A DNA stretch of 64,000 nt from Prorocentrum cordatum (lineage: Eukaryota), in the NCBI GenBank assembly GCA_963575745.1, contig CAUYUJ010000308.1, forward strand, positions 1-64,000. The letters run 5' to 3'. A program made the position numbers and the translations under genes. A model generated the notes under the pieces. It had not been told where the DNA came from. It saw only the letters and a program-made list of their open reading frames with translations, and ran no database searches. Within the stretch, counting starts at the first letter, position 1. Every line of letters starts with the position of its first letter. This document shows, piece by piece, positions 37,692 to 50,025 of this stretch.

Positions 37692-40600
37692 CCTGAGGAG
37701 CGTCTCCCCCGAGCCGCGCCTTCTCTCGACTGCCCGACTAATTGTTTGGCCTCGCGCCGCGGACGACCCGCGCGCGTCGCTGGGACCCTCTCGGGGCGAC
37801 CGGCGCGCGTCGCGGGAACTCCGTGCTGCGGGGGGCCCGGCGCCTCGTTCGCCCGTCGTCGCTCTGCCCAGCGGTCAGAGACTTGCCCGCTATCAGCCAG
37901 CCAGTTAGCTAGTCAGCTCTCTCTGCTTCGCGCAGCGGACGACCCGCGCGCGTCGCTGGGACCCCGCCCGGGGCGACCAGCGCGCGTCGCGGGGACTCCG
38001 CGCTGCGCTGCGCCCGCAGCCTTGGATTTTGGAGTGCGCGGGCAAAGAGGAAGGAAAAGAAGAGCCGAAAGCGGGCGCGATCCTCGCAAGAGGCGTGCCG
38101 ACATGGGCGTCGCGACGTGCGGACGCTGCCGTCGGGGTTCCCGCGGAAGCTGCCTGCGGCGGCCACGCCCAGTGTCACGTGTGTTCGGACAGGCATGCTC
38201 GACACTTACACTAGGCGGTTCCATGATCGCACTCATGCAAATATATTCACTCGCGCGCAGACCCATTCATACTCAGATTCCCTCGCGCTCTGACTCACCC
38301 GCGTTCTTTCTCTCGTAATCAGATCTATCGTATTCCTTTGCGTTGTGTGCCCCGCCACATTTCGGCACACCCCTCATGCGGTTCGTGGCCCCATAGGGAG
38401 CGCCACCGAAGAATATACTCACAATTGCGATACTCACAACTGCATATGGTTGGGTCCTTCGCCAGGATATATATATATATATATTATATATATATAATAT
38501 ATATATTTATATATATAATATTTTTATATGTATATATATACACAACTTTTTTTGTTGTGGAAATTGCTGAGGTGTTAAACCCACCAACATGTTATATTTT
38601 TATGGTTTTCAAAAAGCAACACCAGAACAAATGGGCGGCGGTGGCTCTGGGTCGGCATCTTCTATATTTTGCCTTTTGCCCCTCATCGGCCTTCTCTGAG
38701 GGCGACGCTCTCCACGAGTTGATCGTTTCGACCATGCCCGCACGTTTTGCTTTTGTTTGGTTGCGGCGGAACGTTCGACCGCGCCACGCTTGTGCCAGGA
38801 ATGCGCATGAGCAACGACACGGCACAGGCGGGAACGCAGCATGACCAAAGACAAAACGACGCGAACCCAGTCTAGCTTCCTTCGCTCACCTCTCCATTGT
38901 ACCTTTCACCATGCGACCTTGTGCTCACCCTGGTTCCCTTCAGCTCGCCGCCCTCGCATCCTCTCCCTCTCTCTCTCTCTCTCTTCTCCTCTCTCTTCCC
39001 TCCTGGGCTACATTGCGCGAGTGGCCAGCTGGACCACCTTCGTGCACCTTCTCCGACGGCCAGGGATCAGCCTTGCAGCTCACGTACCCCCCCCCAACAA
39101 AAAAGAGGCCTCCAAAAAGGCCCAATAAAGGCCTCGGGAACGCCCCACCCCGAAGGGGGGACAGGGACCGACACTTTGGGCTCTCCGCCCCAAAAACGCC
39201 CCAGGAGGCCCCAAGAGGCCCCAAGAAGTCTCTAAGAGGTCCCCTGGAAGCCCCTAGAGGCTTCCAGGAGTGTCCCAAGACTGCCTAAGAGGGCCCCTAG
39301 ATGGTCGGAAACGCCCCAGTGCCCGAAGACTGCCCAACGGTCGGAGATGCCAAGGCAAAGTGGCACAGCGTCAAACGGACAACACGGGAACCCACATAGT
39401 ACACATTGAAGCAGCACAGCGTCAAACGGACAACACGGGAATCAGCTTATGTGCCCCTCTTCTTTGTTTTCTCTTCGCAAGTCACCCCCATTTGTCCTCC
39501 AGGGTCGGGGTTTGCGGCAATATCAGGTTCCGTAGTCAAGGGAGGAAAAACCACCCCGACCCCCATAATTGGCGTTTGCTCAAGATTCTTTCCTTTGGTG
39601 CGCTTGTTGAACGCCTATCTTGTCGGGGTATTTACTGTGAGGGTGTCCTTTTCTGCTCTCTTCGCCGGCGAGCCCAGAGGGGAAGTGAGAAGGGGCGGGC
39701 CTTCTCAGAAGGGTCGGAAGTCCCCTGGCCTCCTGAGAAGTTCTTTCAGGTTTCCCCGAAGACGCAGAAAACTTCTCAAATGGCGCGAGGCCTTCTAAGA
39801 AGTTTTGCCGCCTTCTGAGGATCTAGGCCTGCCAGATGGGGTCCGAGCAGATGGGGTCGGAGGATCCCGCCACATCGCCGATGCATCGGCGATGCGGCTC
39901 GATGTGAAGCCCGATGTTCTTTCTGCCGACGTCGCGTTTCGCCGCCGACGTCGCCGATGCATCGCCGACGCGTCGCCAATGCATCGGCGATGTATTGGCG
40001 ATCCGGCACGATCCTCGGACCCCATCTGCTCGGACTCCATCCAGGAGGCCTCTAGAGAAGTAGGAGGAGGAAAAGGCGGAGGGGGAGGGGGGGGGTAGGG
40101 GATGGGGGAGGGAGGAGGGAGGATGTGAGAGGAGGCGGAGGAGGGCGAGGAGGGAGAGGGAGGGAGAGGAGGAGGAGGAGGAGGAGGGAGGAGGAGGAGG
40201 AGGAGGGAGGAGGGAGGAGGAGGGAGGAAGGAGGAGGAGGGGGAGGAGGGAGGAGGAAGGAGGAGGAGGGAGGGAGGGAGGGATGGGAGGAGGGAGGGAG
40301 GGAGGGAGGGAGGGAGGAGGAGGGAGGGAGGAGGGAGGGAGGGAGGGAGGAGGGAGGTGAGGTAGGGAGGGAGGAGGAGGAGGAGGAGGAGGAGGAGGAG
40401 GAGGAGGGAGAGGGGGAGGAGGAAGGGAGAGAGGAGGAGGAGGAGGAGAGGAGGAAGGAGGATGAGGAGTAGGAGGAGGAGGAGAGGAGAGGAGGAGGGA
40501 GGAGGAGGAGGAGGAGGAGGAGGAGGAGGAGGAGGAGGAGAGGAGGAGGAGGAGGGAGGAAGGAGGAGAGAGGAGGGAGGAGGAGGAGGGAGGAGGAGGG

Positions 40601-40776
40601 GGGTCAGGAGGATGAGGAGGAAGGGGAACAGGAGGAGGAGGAGGAGGAGGAGGAGGAGGAGGAGGAGGAGGAGGAGGAGGAGGAGGAGGAGGAGGAGGAG
40701 GAGGCGCTCTCCTTCTCGTTTCGCCTCCTCGCTCGCCGGCGACGTCTGCGTAGGGCTCGCGCGCGGCCGCCGAGAG

Positions 40777-40839
40777 GCCACGCGGCGGGCGCTGGGCGGC
40801 GCGGGTGCCGTGCGGGCGCTCCTCGCCCGGCTGCCCGAG
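40777..40839 (+). CDS. Exon of ARM/HEAT-like host gene (ATRRALGGAGAVRALLARLPE); may extend to 40862
   Basis: GAG|G acceptor. Donor is either GAG|GA (40839) or AG|GT (40862). Continues the ARM pattern from ...GGSESDE in phase 0. Confidence 0.6.
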
Positions 40840-41636
40840 GACGCGCCGCGGGGTGCCCCGAGGTCGGTCGGTGCCGTCCCTGCCGGAGGTTGCCGCCCAG
40901 AGCCCAATCGAAGGTGGATGGACCTTCTACCCTGACACGTCGATCAAGGAATTGGCCGTTTTCGGTTCGCGAGAGGGCGTCGCGGCCGTCATTTTTGCGG
41001 GTCTGGGTCTGCCGGTTTCGGTCCCAAGCCGTTTTCGCTAAGGGGAGGTTTGCTAAATGGAGGTCTGTCCACCGCCGACCAAGGCATAAGTCGGGCCTGC
41101 CCCTCTACAGGAGGAGTTGTCAAGAGTAGTCAACAAATAGCCGCCCAGAGCCCAAGGCATAAGTTCGGGGGTGGACAGAACCCCCAACAGTGGCACGTCG
41201 ATTCGTGAATTGTCCGTTTTCGGTTCTCGAGAGGGCGCCGCGGCCGTTGTTTTCCAGGCTTGCGCCCGCCAGGTTTGGGCGGTCGTTTTCACTAAACCAC
41301 GTTTTGCTAAAGGGAGGTCTATCCATCCCCGATGCGTCGGGCCTGCCCCTCTGCAGGAGGAGTTTTCAAGAGTAATCAACAAAATAGTCCGTGCTTTTTT
41401 TCCTATGATTTTTGTCGACTCTCGTGGCGCATGCTTCGGCCGCTTTGTATGGTTCGTCTAAGGTCCGCTTGTAGGGGGACATGCCCGACCTGACCCACGG
41501 CGGCGGGGGCTCTCAGAAGCTCTCGCGCCTTCCGAGAAGCCCTCTCCGCCTTCGGGGAAGGCTTCGACAACTTCTCAGGAGGAGGAGGAGGAGGAGGAGG
41601 ACGAGGAGGAGGAGGAGGAGGACGAGGAGGAGGAGG

Positions 41637-41736
41637 NNNNNNNNNNNNNNNNNNNNNNNNNNNNNNNNNNNNNNNNNNNNNNNNNNNNNNNNNNNNNNNN
41701 NNNNNNNNNNNNNNNNNNNNNNNNNNNNNNNNNNNN
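41637..41736. other. Assembly gap (100 N)
   Basis: Exactly 100 Ns after a (GAG)n tract; typical unknown-size placeholder. Confidence 0.98.
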
Positions 41737-43923
41737 CGTCCATGCAGGTAAACTTGCCAGAGTCTAAAAAAACAGGCTCTCTCCGTCGCACGCCACCGCC
41801 CTGAGCTCCGACGGCACGGTGGCTTCAAGTCGGGCTTGCCCCTCAAAACGACGCGAAGATCGAGACAAAATCCCCTCAAAACGACGCGAAGATCGAGACA
41901 AAATCGGATCGGGATAGCTCGAAATCTCTGAGAGTCGGCGGGTTTGGAGGATGCATTGGGCGCCGCGGCCGCTCCAGAGCGTTCCGGAACGCTCTGAGAG
42001 CGCTCCGGAACGCTCTGGAGCGATTTACCCCGATCTTAGCCCTGTTTTAGCACGGTGGCTTCAAGTCGGGCTTGCCCCTCTGCGGGGGAGATGTTCCAGA
42101 GTACAGTGCCGCTTTTTTAATGCATGCTCCGCGTGCGGATCATGCATTGAACATGCAGGGATCTAGTACGGAAAACAACGATGTGTTCATGCATACATTC
42201 ATTCATCAATTAGTTGTGGATTAAACATCCAATATCTTTAACAATCCTATGTATTAGAAACTGCCCTGTAGTCAAAACATAGTCTGACGGTAGCTTCGCG
42301 TCGCGTCGACCGGTGGCGACGCCGCCGCTGGCGTTCAAGGTTGAAGGCCAGCGGCGGCCCAGAATCGGTCGATGTTGAACGATCTGACGTTTCGGAAACG
42401 GCCGCACCTTTCAAGGCGGGACGATCCCCGCGCTGTCAGGAGCCGTCGCTGGGGGTTGGGACGACACGAACCTGCCGTATTTGTTTTCTCGATCCAGGCG
42501 TTGTGGCCTCGGGTTCGGAAGCCGTGTCCCGTCGTCGGGCCCCAGGGCCCTCAAAAAAGTGGCCACGGGCGAGAAACTGGACAAGGGAGAGTGTTCGGGA
42601 CGTCTTGGGCGCGGGTTGGGACAAAGCATATCGGCGGATGTCAGGTCTCAAGGGTTCGTTGGACATGATTAGTTTCGCTCGTTCGGCCCTGTTCGAGCAT
42701 CTCAAGAGCAGGGAGATCAGAGGGCACGGCCGCCGATTCCCTTCATGCAAGACGGTCCTTCGCGACCCTGCGCGAGCTGGGCCTTGTTGCAGCTCCCGAG
42801 TTTTTTGACCGATCCCCATCCCCACTGGGTCCAGGTATCTCAGCCCCACCAGCCCACCCCGCATTTGGGGATAGGCCCGCGAAACCAGGAGGGAACACCA
42901 GACATCCCCACCTGGCCGGTGAAGTCGGCCGGTCGGGCCAAGACCATGCCACTGGGGACGAGGATCGGCTAAACGATGCTCGATCGTCCCCCCTGCCTCC
43001 CCCCTCCCCCCCTCCGCTTTCGAGCTGGTTGCAGCGCTCAGCGAGTTCGCGTCTGTGTCTCGGGCGCTATCCAGTTGCGCTGCCGCGCGATTCCGCCACC
43101 GCGCTCGGGCGGGCGGGGTGGGGGGGGCGCCTAACGTAACGGACCTCCCCTTCCGCAAGCTTTGTGCGTGGGGCCGATGTATGTTTGGAGGGCCAAAACA
43201 GCAGTGACCTTGGCCACAAACAGGAACGCGTCCTGTGATCGTTTGTTCATTCGCTGTTTTGCCGATCGGCGCGGGACACTTCCGTGAGTTCTTGTTGGAG
43301 AATTTGATGACGAATGTGCGCAGCGCAAAGGCGGGAAACACATCTTGAAAGCGGCCCGCCCTCCATCCGTGACATTCTTGCGAACTTTTGAGACGAATGT
43401 GCGCGGCGCGAAGGCGAGAGCCACACTTTGAAAACGACCTGGCTTCCATCCGTTCAACTTTTGGAAACTGTTGAGACGAGTGTGCGCGGTGCCTAGAGCG
43501 AGAACCGTATTTTGAAAAGGAAACGCCCTCCATCCGTGAAGCATTTGCAAACACGAATGTGTGCCGCACCAAGGCTAGAGCAACATTTTGAGAACCACCC
43601 GCCATCCATCTGTGTAGCTCTGACAAACTTTGAAGACGAATGCGCGCGGCGCGAAGGCTAGAGCCACATGTCGAAACCGACCCGCCCTTCATCCGTGAAG
43701 CTGTTGCACACTTTCTAGACTGATGTGCGCGGCGCTAAGGCGAGACCCACATTCTGAAAACGACCCGCCCTCCATCCGCGAAACATCTGCAAGCTCATAT
43801 GACGAGCGTGTGCGGCGCTGCGGCGACTTTCGCACGTTACGAACGACCCGTCCTCCATCCACGAGCGTCTTGCATACGCTCAAAGCGAATGTGCGCGGCG
43901 CTGAGGCGAGAGCAACATGCTGA

Positions 43924-44102
43924 TGACGGGCCTGTTTTCCACCACCACCACCATAAGTTGGAGGGGGGAAGGAGGAGGAGGGCGAGGAGGAGGAGGAGGA
44001 GGAGGACGAACAGGAGGAGGAGGAGGAGGAGGAGGAGGAGGAGGAGGAGGAGGAGGACCCCCCCCTCCAACTTGGTGGTGGTGGTGGAAAACACGCCCAG
44101 CA
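43924..44102. mobile_element. Foldback element enclosing a (GAG)n tract; larger copy ~48010-49415
   Basis: Arms GGGCCTGTTTTCCACCACCACCACCA..AGTTGGAGGGGG / CCCCCTCCAACTTGGTGGTGGTGGTGGAAAACACGCCC. Confidence 0.7.
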
Positions 44103-44780
44103 TGCTGAAGGCCACCCAGGGCCCTCCAGAGGGGCGCACCCCGCGGGGGCCTCGACGGGTGCATCCGATGGCTCCTCGGAGGACGAGGCGGTGCTGCTGC
44201 CGCTGCCCGCGCCTCGTCGGCCACGGCCGGGCTCGCCTCGAAGCCCTGGTGAGCACGCGCCCCGGGAGACTGGGAGGAATGGGTCGGCAGGAGGAGGAGG
44301 AGGAGGAGGAGGAGGAGGAGGAGGAGGAGGAGGAGGAGGAGGAGGAGGAGGAGGAGGAGGAGGAGGAGGAGGAGGAGAGGAGGAGGAGGAGGAGGAGGAG
44401 GACGAGGAGGAGGAGGAGGGCGCCATCGACAGGGAAGGTGAGGGCCACGAGGTCCGCCGGCTCGACGCCCGCGTCGCCCGCGCCCGCCCCCTCACTCTTA
44501 TCCGCAACTGCGGGGTGCTACGCACCATGGCAGGGATCGTGATCTCCCCAGATTTCTCGGGAGCCTCGAGACGGGGGTCCATGCAAACGGGGGTCAGCCA
44601 GAGCGCCCGATCTTGCAGGATCCTGCAGGGCCAGGGTCGCACCGACCCGAGCTTGGGTGCAGGACCTTGCATGATCTTGCAGGATCCTTGGCGCTGACCC
44701 GGGCTTGGGTGCAGGATCTTGCAGGATCTTCCAGGATTCTGCAAGGCCCGACAGACCCAGGCCTGGATTGACCCGGGTCA

Positions 44781-44998
44781 GATCTGGACGCCGGAAATGG
44801 GTACCGAAAGAATGGGAACAATGCCCAACAGCAGTTCCTGTTCATTCTGAACAGGACTCGCTGTCCGCGCCGCCGCGGCCTGTGTCCATTCGAGACAGAA
44901 GGCCGCCTGCCAAACAGCGGCTGCTGTTGGTTTGGGACAACATTTTTTGTTGGGCATTGTACCCATTCTTTCGGTACCCATTTCGGGCGTCCAAATCA
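44781..44998. mobile_element. MITE/foldback with ~50-bp near-perfect arms
   Basis: TGGACGCCGGAAATGGGTACCGAAAGAATGGGAACAATGCCCAACA / TGTTGGGCATTGTACCCATTCTTTCGGTACCCATTTCGGGCGTCCA. Confidence 0.75.
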
Positions 44999-46260
44999 GA
45001 GGATCCCCGAGATTTCATGGCGCCTCTTCTTCCTTCGCTGCGTCCCTTGGCCCCCCTGGCCTCGTCCACGCTCGTGCCTCGGGCCAGGACCTGCGACCCC
45101 CCCCCTCTCTCGGACGCCCCCCTCGCCTGCCCCCGAGCTCCCGCGTGGCTCCAGAGGGCGCCGACGGGTAGGACTTCCAGCTGCCGGCCGCGTCCGGGGA
45201 AGTGCCAGGGGAGTCTCCAGGGAGGCCTCCAGGGAGCCGCCATATCGGCCCCCCCAGGGGGGCCCGCGAAGGGCCTGGCGAGCCCTCCGTGCGGCATCCG
45301 TGGGGCTTCGGGCCGCGTCCTGGCCTCTCGGCTCGCGCGGGCTCCCTGGGCGCGGCCGGCAGGGCTCGGGGCGGGTGCTGCGCGGACCCCTTCGCGTGGG
45401 AGGGCACTCGGCCCAGCTCAGAGCCCCGAATCATCAGGGGTAACTCGGGTCAGGGTTAACTCGGGTTCGTTTTTCGGGAGTCCGAACCCGAGTTACCCCG
45501 GACCCGAGTTACCCCGGATATTTCGGGCGACCACCTCTCAGCGCCGGGTGGCGCAGACCCCGCCAAAGCCCTCCTTAGCGCCAGTCCGAGGCGGGAGTTT
45601 ATCCATATCCACCGCCTGGAGGGTCAGTTTTCGGAGCCTCGGCAGGCGGTGGATATGGACATATTCGGGCCGCCGGGGGCCGAACTATACTCACATCCAC
45701 CGCCCGCTGGGGCACCAGGACGGCGGTTCCCAGGCGGTGGATGTGGATAAGTCCCCGCCTCGCACCACCTCTCGGAGCCGGGTGGCGCAGACCCCGCCGA
45801 AGCCCTCCTCAGAGCGCCAGGGCGCCGAGCTTCTCGGGCCGGACGAAAGGGGGGGATTAAGCAAGGGGGGGTACGAAATCTGCTGCATGCAGCTGGTTTG
45901 GGCTCCACCGAGGGGCCCATTCCTCGATACATGGCTGCCTCCGGCGCCGGGAGGCGCCGGGAAAATCAGCCACGCGAGCTGATTCTCAACCCCCCCCCTT
46001 TGCTATCCCCCCCCGTTCGCCCGACCCGAGCATCGGGCTGCGCAGGCACTGCCGAGGCCCCCCCCCCCCCCGGTGATGGCGGAGGAGCGCCCAGCTGGCC
46101 CGGCCCGGCGAGGGGCCCCCGTGCGGTCCCGGGAGACCTCGGCCTGCGGCCGCACCGCGCGCGGCGTGCGCTCCCGTGCCCCGCCCGAGGGCGGGCGGAG
46201 GGCGCTTCCCAGGCTCACCACCCTCCAAACCACCCCAGCCCAACCCGGAGGCTTCAGTTT

Positions 46261-46461
46261 TAGGGGCAAAAAGTGGCATAAACATAAAAACTCGGAGGTC
46301 CGCGCGGATTTCTCGGATCGGCGCTGGGGCCCCCCGGCGGCGCCTCCGGCGCCGCCCCTGGCGCGCTCCGCGCGCCAGGGAGGGGGTTCCAGCGCCGATC
46401 CGAGAAATCCGCGCGGACCTCCGAGTTTCTATGTTTATGTAACTTTTTGTTTGTTCCCCTA
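46261..46461. mobile_element. Young palindromic MITE nested in another MITE (~46215-46590)
   Basis: ~50-bp arms CATAAACATAAAAACTCGGAGGTCCGCGCGGATTTCTCGGATCGGCGCTGG and its near-exact complement. The host paralogue at ~20975-21147 lacks the insert. Confidence 0.8.
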
Positions 46462-46713
46462 AATTTGCCCTCCATTTCCAGTTGAGGGGGGGCGGGGAAC
46501 ATAGCAGAAACACACATGAAGCCCGTACCCCCCCCCCCAAGCCGAAATTCGGGTCTTCGGGTTGGGTTGGGGTGGTCTGGCAGGAAGTCACAGGCGGCGA
46601 CTCCCCGTCTCCCCCTGGCCGTGGTGCATGGCACGGTTGGATTCTGTCGATTCGGTGGAGTTTTCTGCTTCGGCCGATCTGCGAGCAAAGAGAGCCGACG
46701 CACCGCCCCAGAG

Positions 46714-46810
46714 GAGCAAGCGGCCAGCGACCCCGGCGAGGGGCCGGCGGACGCCGCCTCCAGTGATGACGAGCAGGACTTCGGCGCCGCTGCCAGCTTT
46801 GCCTTGAGCG
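46714..46810 (+). CDS. Possible exon, acidic linker (EQAASDPGEGPADAASSDDEQDFGAAASFALS); boundaries uncertain
   Basis: Non-repetitive coding-like island between repeats, with several possible AG acceptors and GA/GC donors. Confidence 0.3.
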
Positions 46811-49505
46811 GCCGTCGCGGTGCCACACGCGAGTGCTGCGCACGCGCGCGAGTGCGCATCGCGTTGTCGCTCCGAGTGGATGCAGTGCGCTGGGCTACGG
46901 CAGACACGTGCGATAAGAACTCCGCTCCGTGCAAGAGTTGTCGATCTCAGATGGTCCTGCGGTGCCCTAGAGCTTCGGTGTGTCCCTGGGGCCATCGGTC
47001 GGCCACGCGTAGGGGGCGGTATGGGGAGGAGGGGGGGAAGGCTTCTGAGAAGCACCCCTGCTTCTTAGAAGGCGCGGGCCTTGTCTAAAGATGCAAGGCT
47101 GGCGCCTTCTGAGAAGCAGCCTCCTTTCAGAAAGCCTCCCTCCTTCGAAGGTGCCTCTTGGTATCACGCTACACGGCGGAGCGTCGCACGTGCAGCGAGA
47201 CGCAGCGTGACCAGAGGCGCGCCGCGCTGTCCCACGTCTGCCGCAGCGCGGCGTGGCGCACACGCACACGCACACGCACACGCATACGCGCACGCGCACG
47301 CACCCGCACACGCACACGCACACGCACACGCACACGCACACGCACACGCACATGCGCACGCACCCGCACACGCACTCGCACACACACACAGGCACTTTTT
47401 GATCTGCAGGGCGAGAGCGAGCCTCTTCCGCTAAAAGCTCCGCGGGACGCGCACAGCTTTAATTGACAGAGAGGGGGCGAGAGCAGGGGGAGTCCGGGGA
47501 CAGCGGGTCCGCCACGCGCAGAGGGGGGTGGGGGAAGGGGGGGGGGCTTCCCAGAAGCGCCCCCTGCCTCGCAGAAGGCGCGGGCCTTATCTGTACATTG
47601 GAGGGCCGGCGCCTTCCAAGAAGCAGCCTCCTGCCAAAAGAAGCCCTCCCCCCTGCCTCCACCCCCTCGTGCGCGCCGCCAACCAAACGGGGGGCGCAGG
47701 ACAGGGCCCTGAGGGGGTCTTCAGGGCCCCTGCTGGCCCCCAAGATGGGCCCCGAAGGTCTGAAGGGCCCCTTCGGGGCCCTTCTCTTCGCCTCCTCCTT
47801 TGTGTGGCCACCCGTTGCCACCCAGGCCCCGGCTCGAACGGTGTTGTTTGGCGATTTCGTGGGCCGTTTTCGCTTCGATTTCGCCTTGGCAGCAGAGGCG
47901 GGTTGGGCACAGAAGGAAGGAACACAGAAACCGAGCGAAAGCGGATAACACCGTTTAGGTTGAGCCCTGTTACCGCCCGCCCGAGCCGCTCGGGGGTCTC
48001 CCCTCCCGGTGATGGGCCTGTTTTCCACCACCACCACCACCATGAGCTGGAGGGGGGAAGGAGGTGGAGGAGGAGGAGGAGGGGGAGGAGGAGGAGGAGG
48101 AGGAGGAGGAGGAGGAGGAGGAGGAGGACGATGAGGAGGACGAAGAGGAGGAGGAGGAGAAGGAGGAGCACTGTAAACCCAAGAGTCATCAACGATATTG
48201 GAGTAAACCCTCCCTCCAAGCGCTCTCTTCATAGGCCCCTGGTTTGTTTCCATTGAGGGAACAGCCTCGTTGGAAGACAAACGTTTGAAGACCCTGAAGC
48301 ATGCCAAAACATGATTCACGGGATTCCAACGCTACGGATCAAACTGATCGTTGCGTTTTGACCATCCAGAATCGCACAATAATGCCATTCCAGGGACTTA
48401 AGAACGCCATTCCAGGGACTTCAACACAGAGAATCAACATAACTGTTGCGCCCGCATAATCCTGAATCCTTCCAAAGAATGTCTGGTACGTTGATGATGA
48501 AAACCCGTGAAGCTCTTACAATTTGTGTGCAACGAATGTGCGACGCGCTCAGGCGAGAGCCACATTTTGAAAAGGAGCCGCCCTCAATCCGTGAAGCTCT
48601 TGCAGTTTTAACAACGAATGTGCGCCGCGCTCAGACGAGAGCCACATTTTGAAAAGGAGCCGCTCTTAATCCGTAAAACTCTTGCGAACTTTCAGAACGA
48701 ATGTGCGCCGCGCTCAGGCGAGAGTCACATTTTGAAAACGACCCGCCCTCAATCCGTGAAGCTGTTGCGAACTGTTACACGAATGTACGCCGCGCTAAGG
48801 AGAGAGCCACATTTTGAAAACCACCCGCATCCATCTGTGAAACTGTTGCTCATGTTGTAGCTTCAGAGTCATAAATGGTGAGGACGTCTGAAACGTTTGC
48901 CATAAAAAAAAACGGGCCTTGGGGTGCGACAGGGATAAGGTATTCATAAGGAAAGGGAGGAGGAGGAGGAGGAGGAGGAGGAGGAGGAGGAGGAGGAGGA
49001 GGAGGAGGAGGAGGAGGAGGAGGAGGAGGAGGAGGAGGAGGAGGAGGAGGAGCGGGAGGAGGAGGAGGAGGAGGAGGAGGGAGGAGGAGGAGGAGGAGGA
49101 GGAGGAGGAGGAGGAGGGAGGAGGAGGAGCTGGGAGTGAGGAGGAGGAGAGGAGGAGCTGGTGCAGGAGGAGGGAGGAGGAGGAGAGGAGGAGGAGGAGG
49201 GAGGAGGAGGAGGAGGAGGAGCTGGTGGCAGGAGGAGGAGGAGGAGGAGGAGGAGGAGGAGGAGGAGGAGGAGGAGGAGGAGGAGGAGGAGGAGGCGGAG
49301 GAGGAGGAGGAGGAGCTGGTGCAGGAGGAGGAGGAGGAGGAGGAGGAGGAGGAAGAGGAGGGGGAGGACCCCCTCCCCCTCCTTCTGGTGGTGTCGGTGG
49401 AAAGCAAGCCCACCACTCGGCGCGCGGCCTGCGCCCGCCGTGCGGCCGCGGAGGGGGTCGGGGAGCGCACGCGCGCCTCCGCGGCAGGGCGGCGCGGGCG
49501 ACCAG

Positions 49506-49568
49506 GCGCTGGTTTCCGCCCGCGGAGGCGCTGGCGCAGCTGGCCGCGGTCGAGGGGGCGGGCGCGAG
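49506..49568 (+). CDS. Possible exon (RWFPPAEALAQLAAVEGAGA)
   Basis: CAG|G and AG|GA boundaries in a unique island between GAG tracts. Phase link not established. Confidence 0.3.
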
Positions 49569-49866
49569 GACGACGGGCGGGGGGGGGGAGGGAGGGAGGG
49601 AGGGAGGGAGGGCGGGAGGCGGGCGGGAGGGAGGGCGGGCGGGAGGAGGAGGAGGAGGAGACGGAGGAGGAGGAGGAGGGATCAGGAGGAAAAGGAGGAG
49701 GAGGAGGAGGAGTAGGAGGAAACGGATCAGGAGGAGGAGGAGGAGGAGGAAGGAAGAGAAAAAGAAAAGAGGAGGAAGGAGGAGGAGGAGGCGGAGGATG
49801 AGGAGGAGGAGAAGGAGGAGAGGAAGAAGGAGGAGGAGGCGGAGGCGGAGGGCTGATGAGGAGGAC

Positions 49867-49898
<32 letters not shown>

Positions 49899-49981
49899 GG
49901 AGGAGGAGGAGGAGGAACAGGAGCAGGAGCAAGAGCAGGAGCACGAGCAGGATCAGGAGTAGGAGGAGGATGTGATGATGA

Positions 49982-50025
<44 letters not shown>

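Larger units (their letters stand above)
35620..38467 (+). mobile_element. Helentron/Helitron2-like deletion derivative with satellite array and helicase remnant
   Basis: T-rich left flank; 5' hairpin CCCAACCATCCTGTGGTGTTGGG; microsatellites; 90-bp array; PIF1-like fragment; one more partial unit (~38355-38411); 3' sub-TIR ATGGTTGGG then hairpin TCCT-TCGCC-AGGA and (TA)n. Confidence 0.6.
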
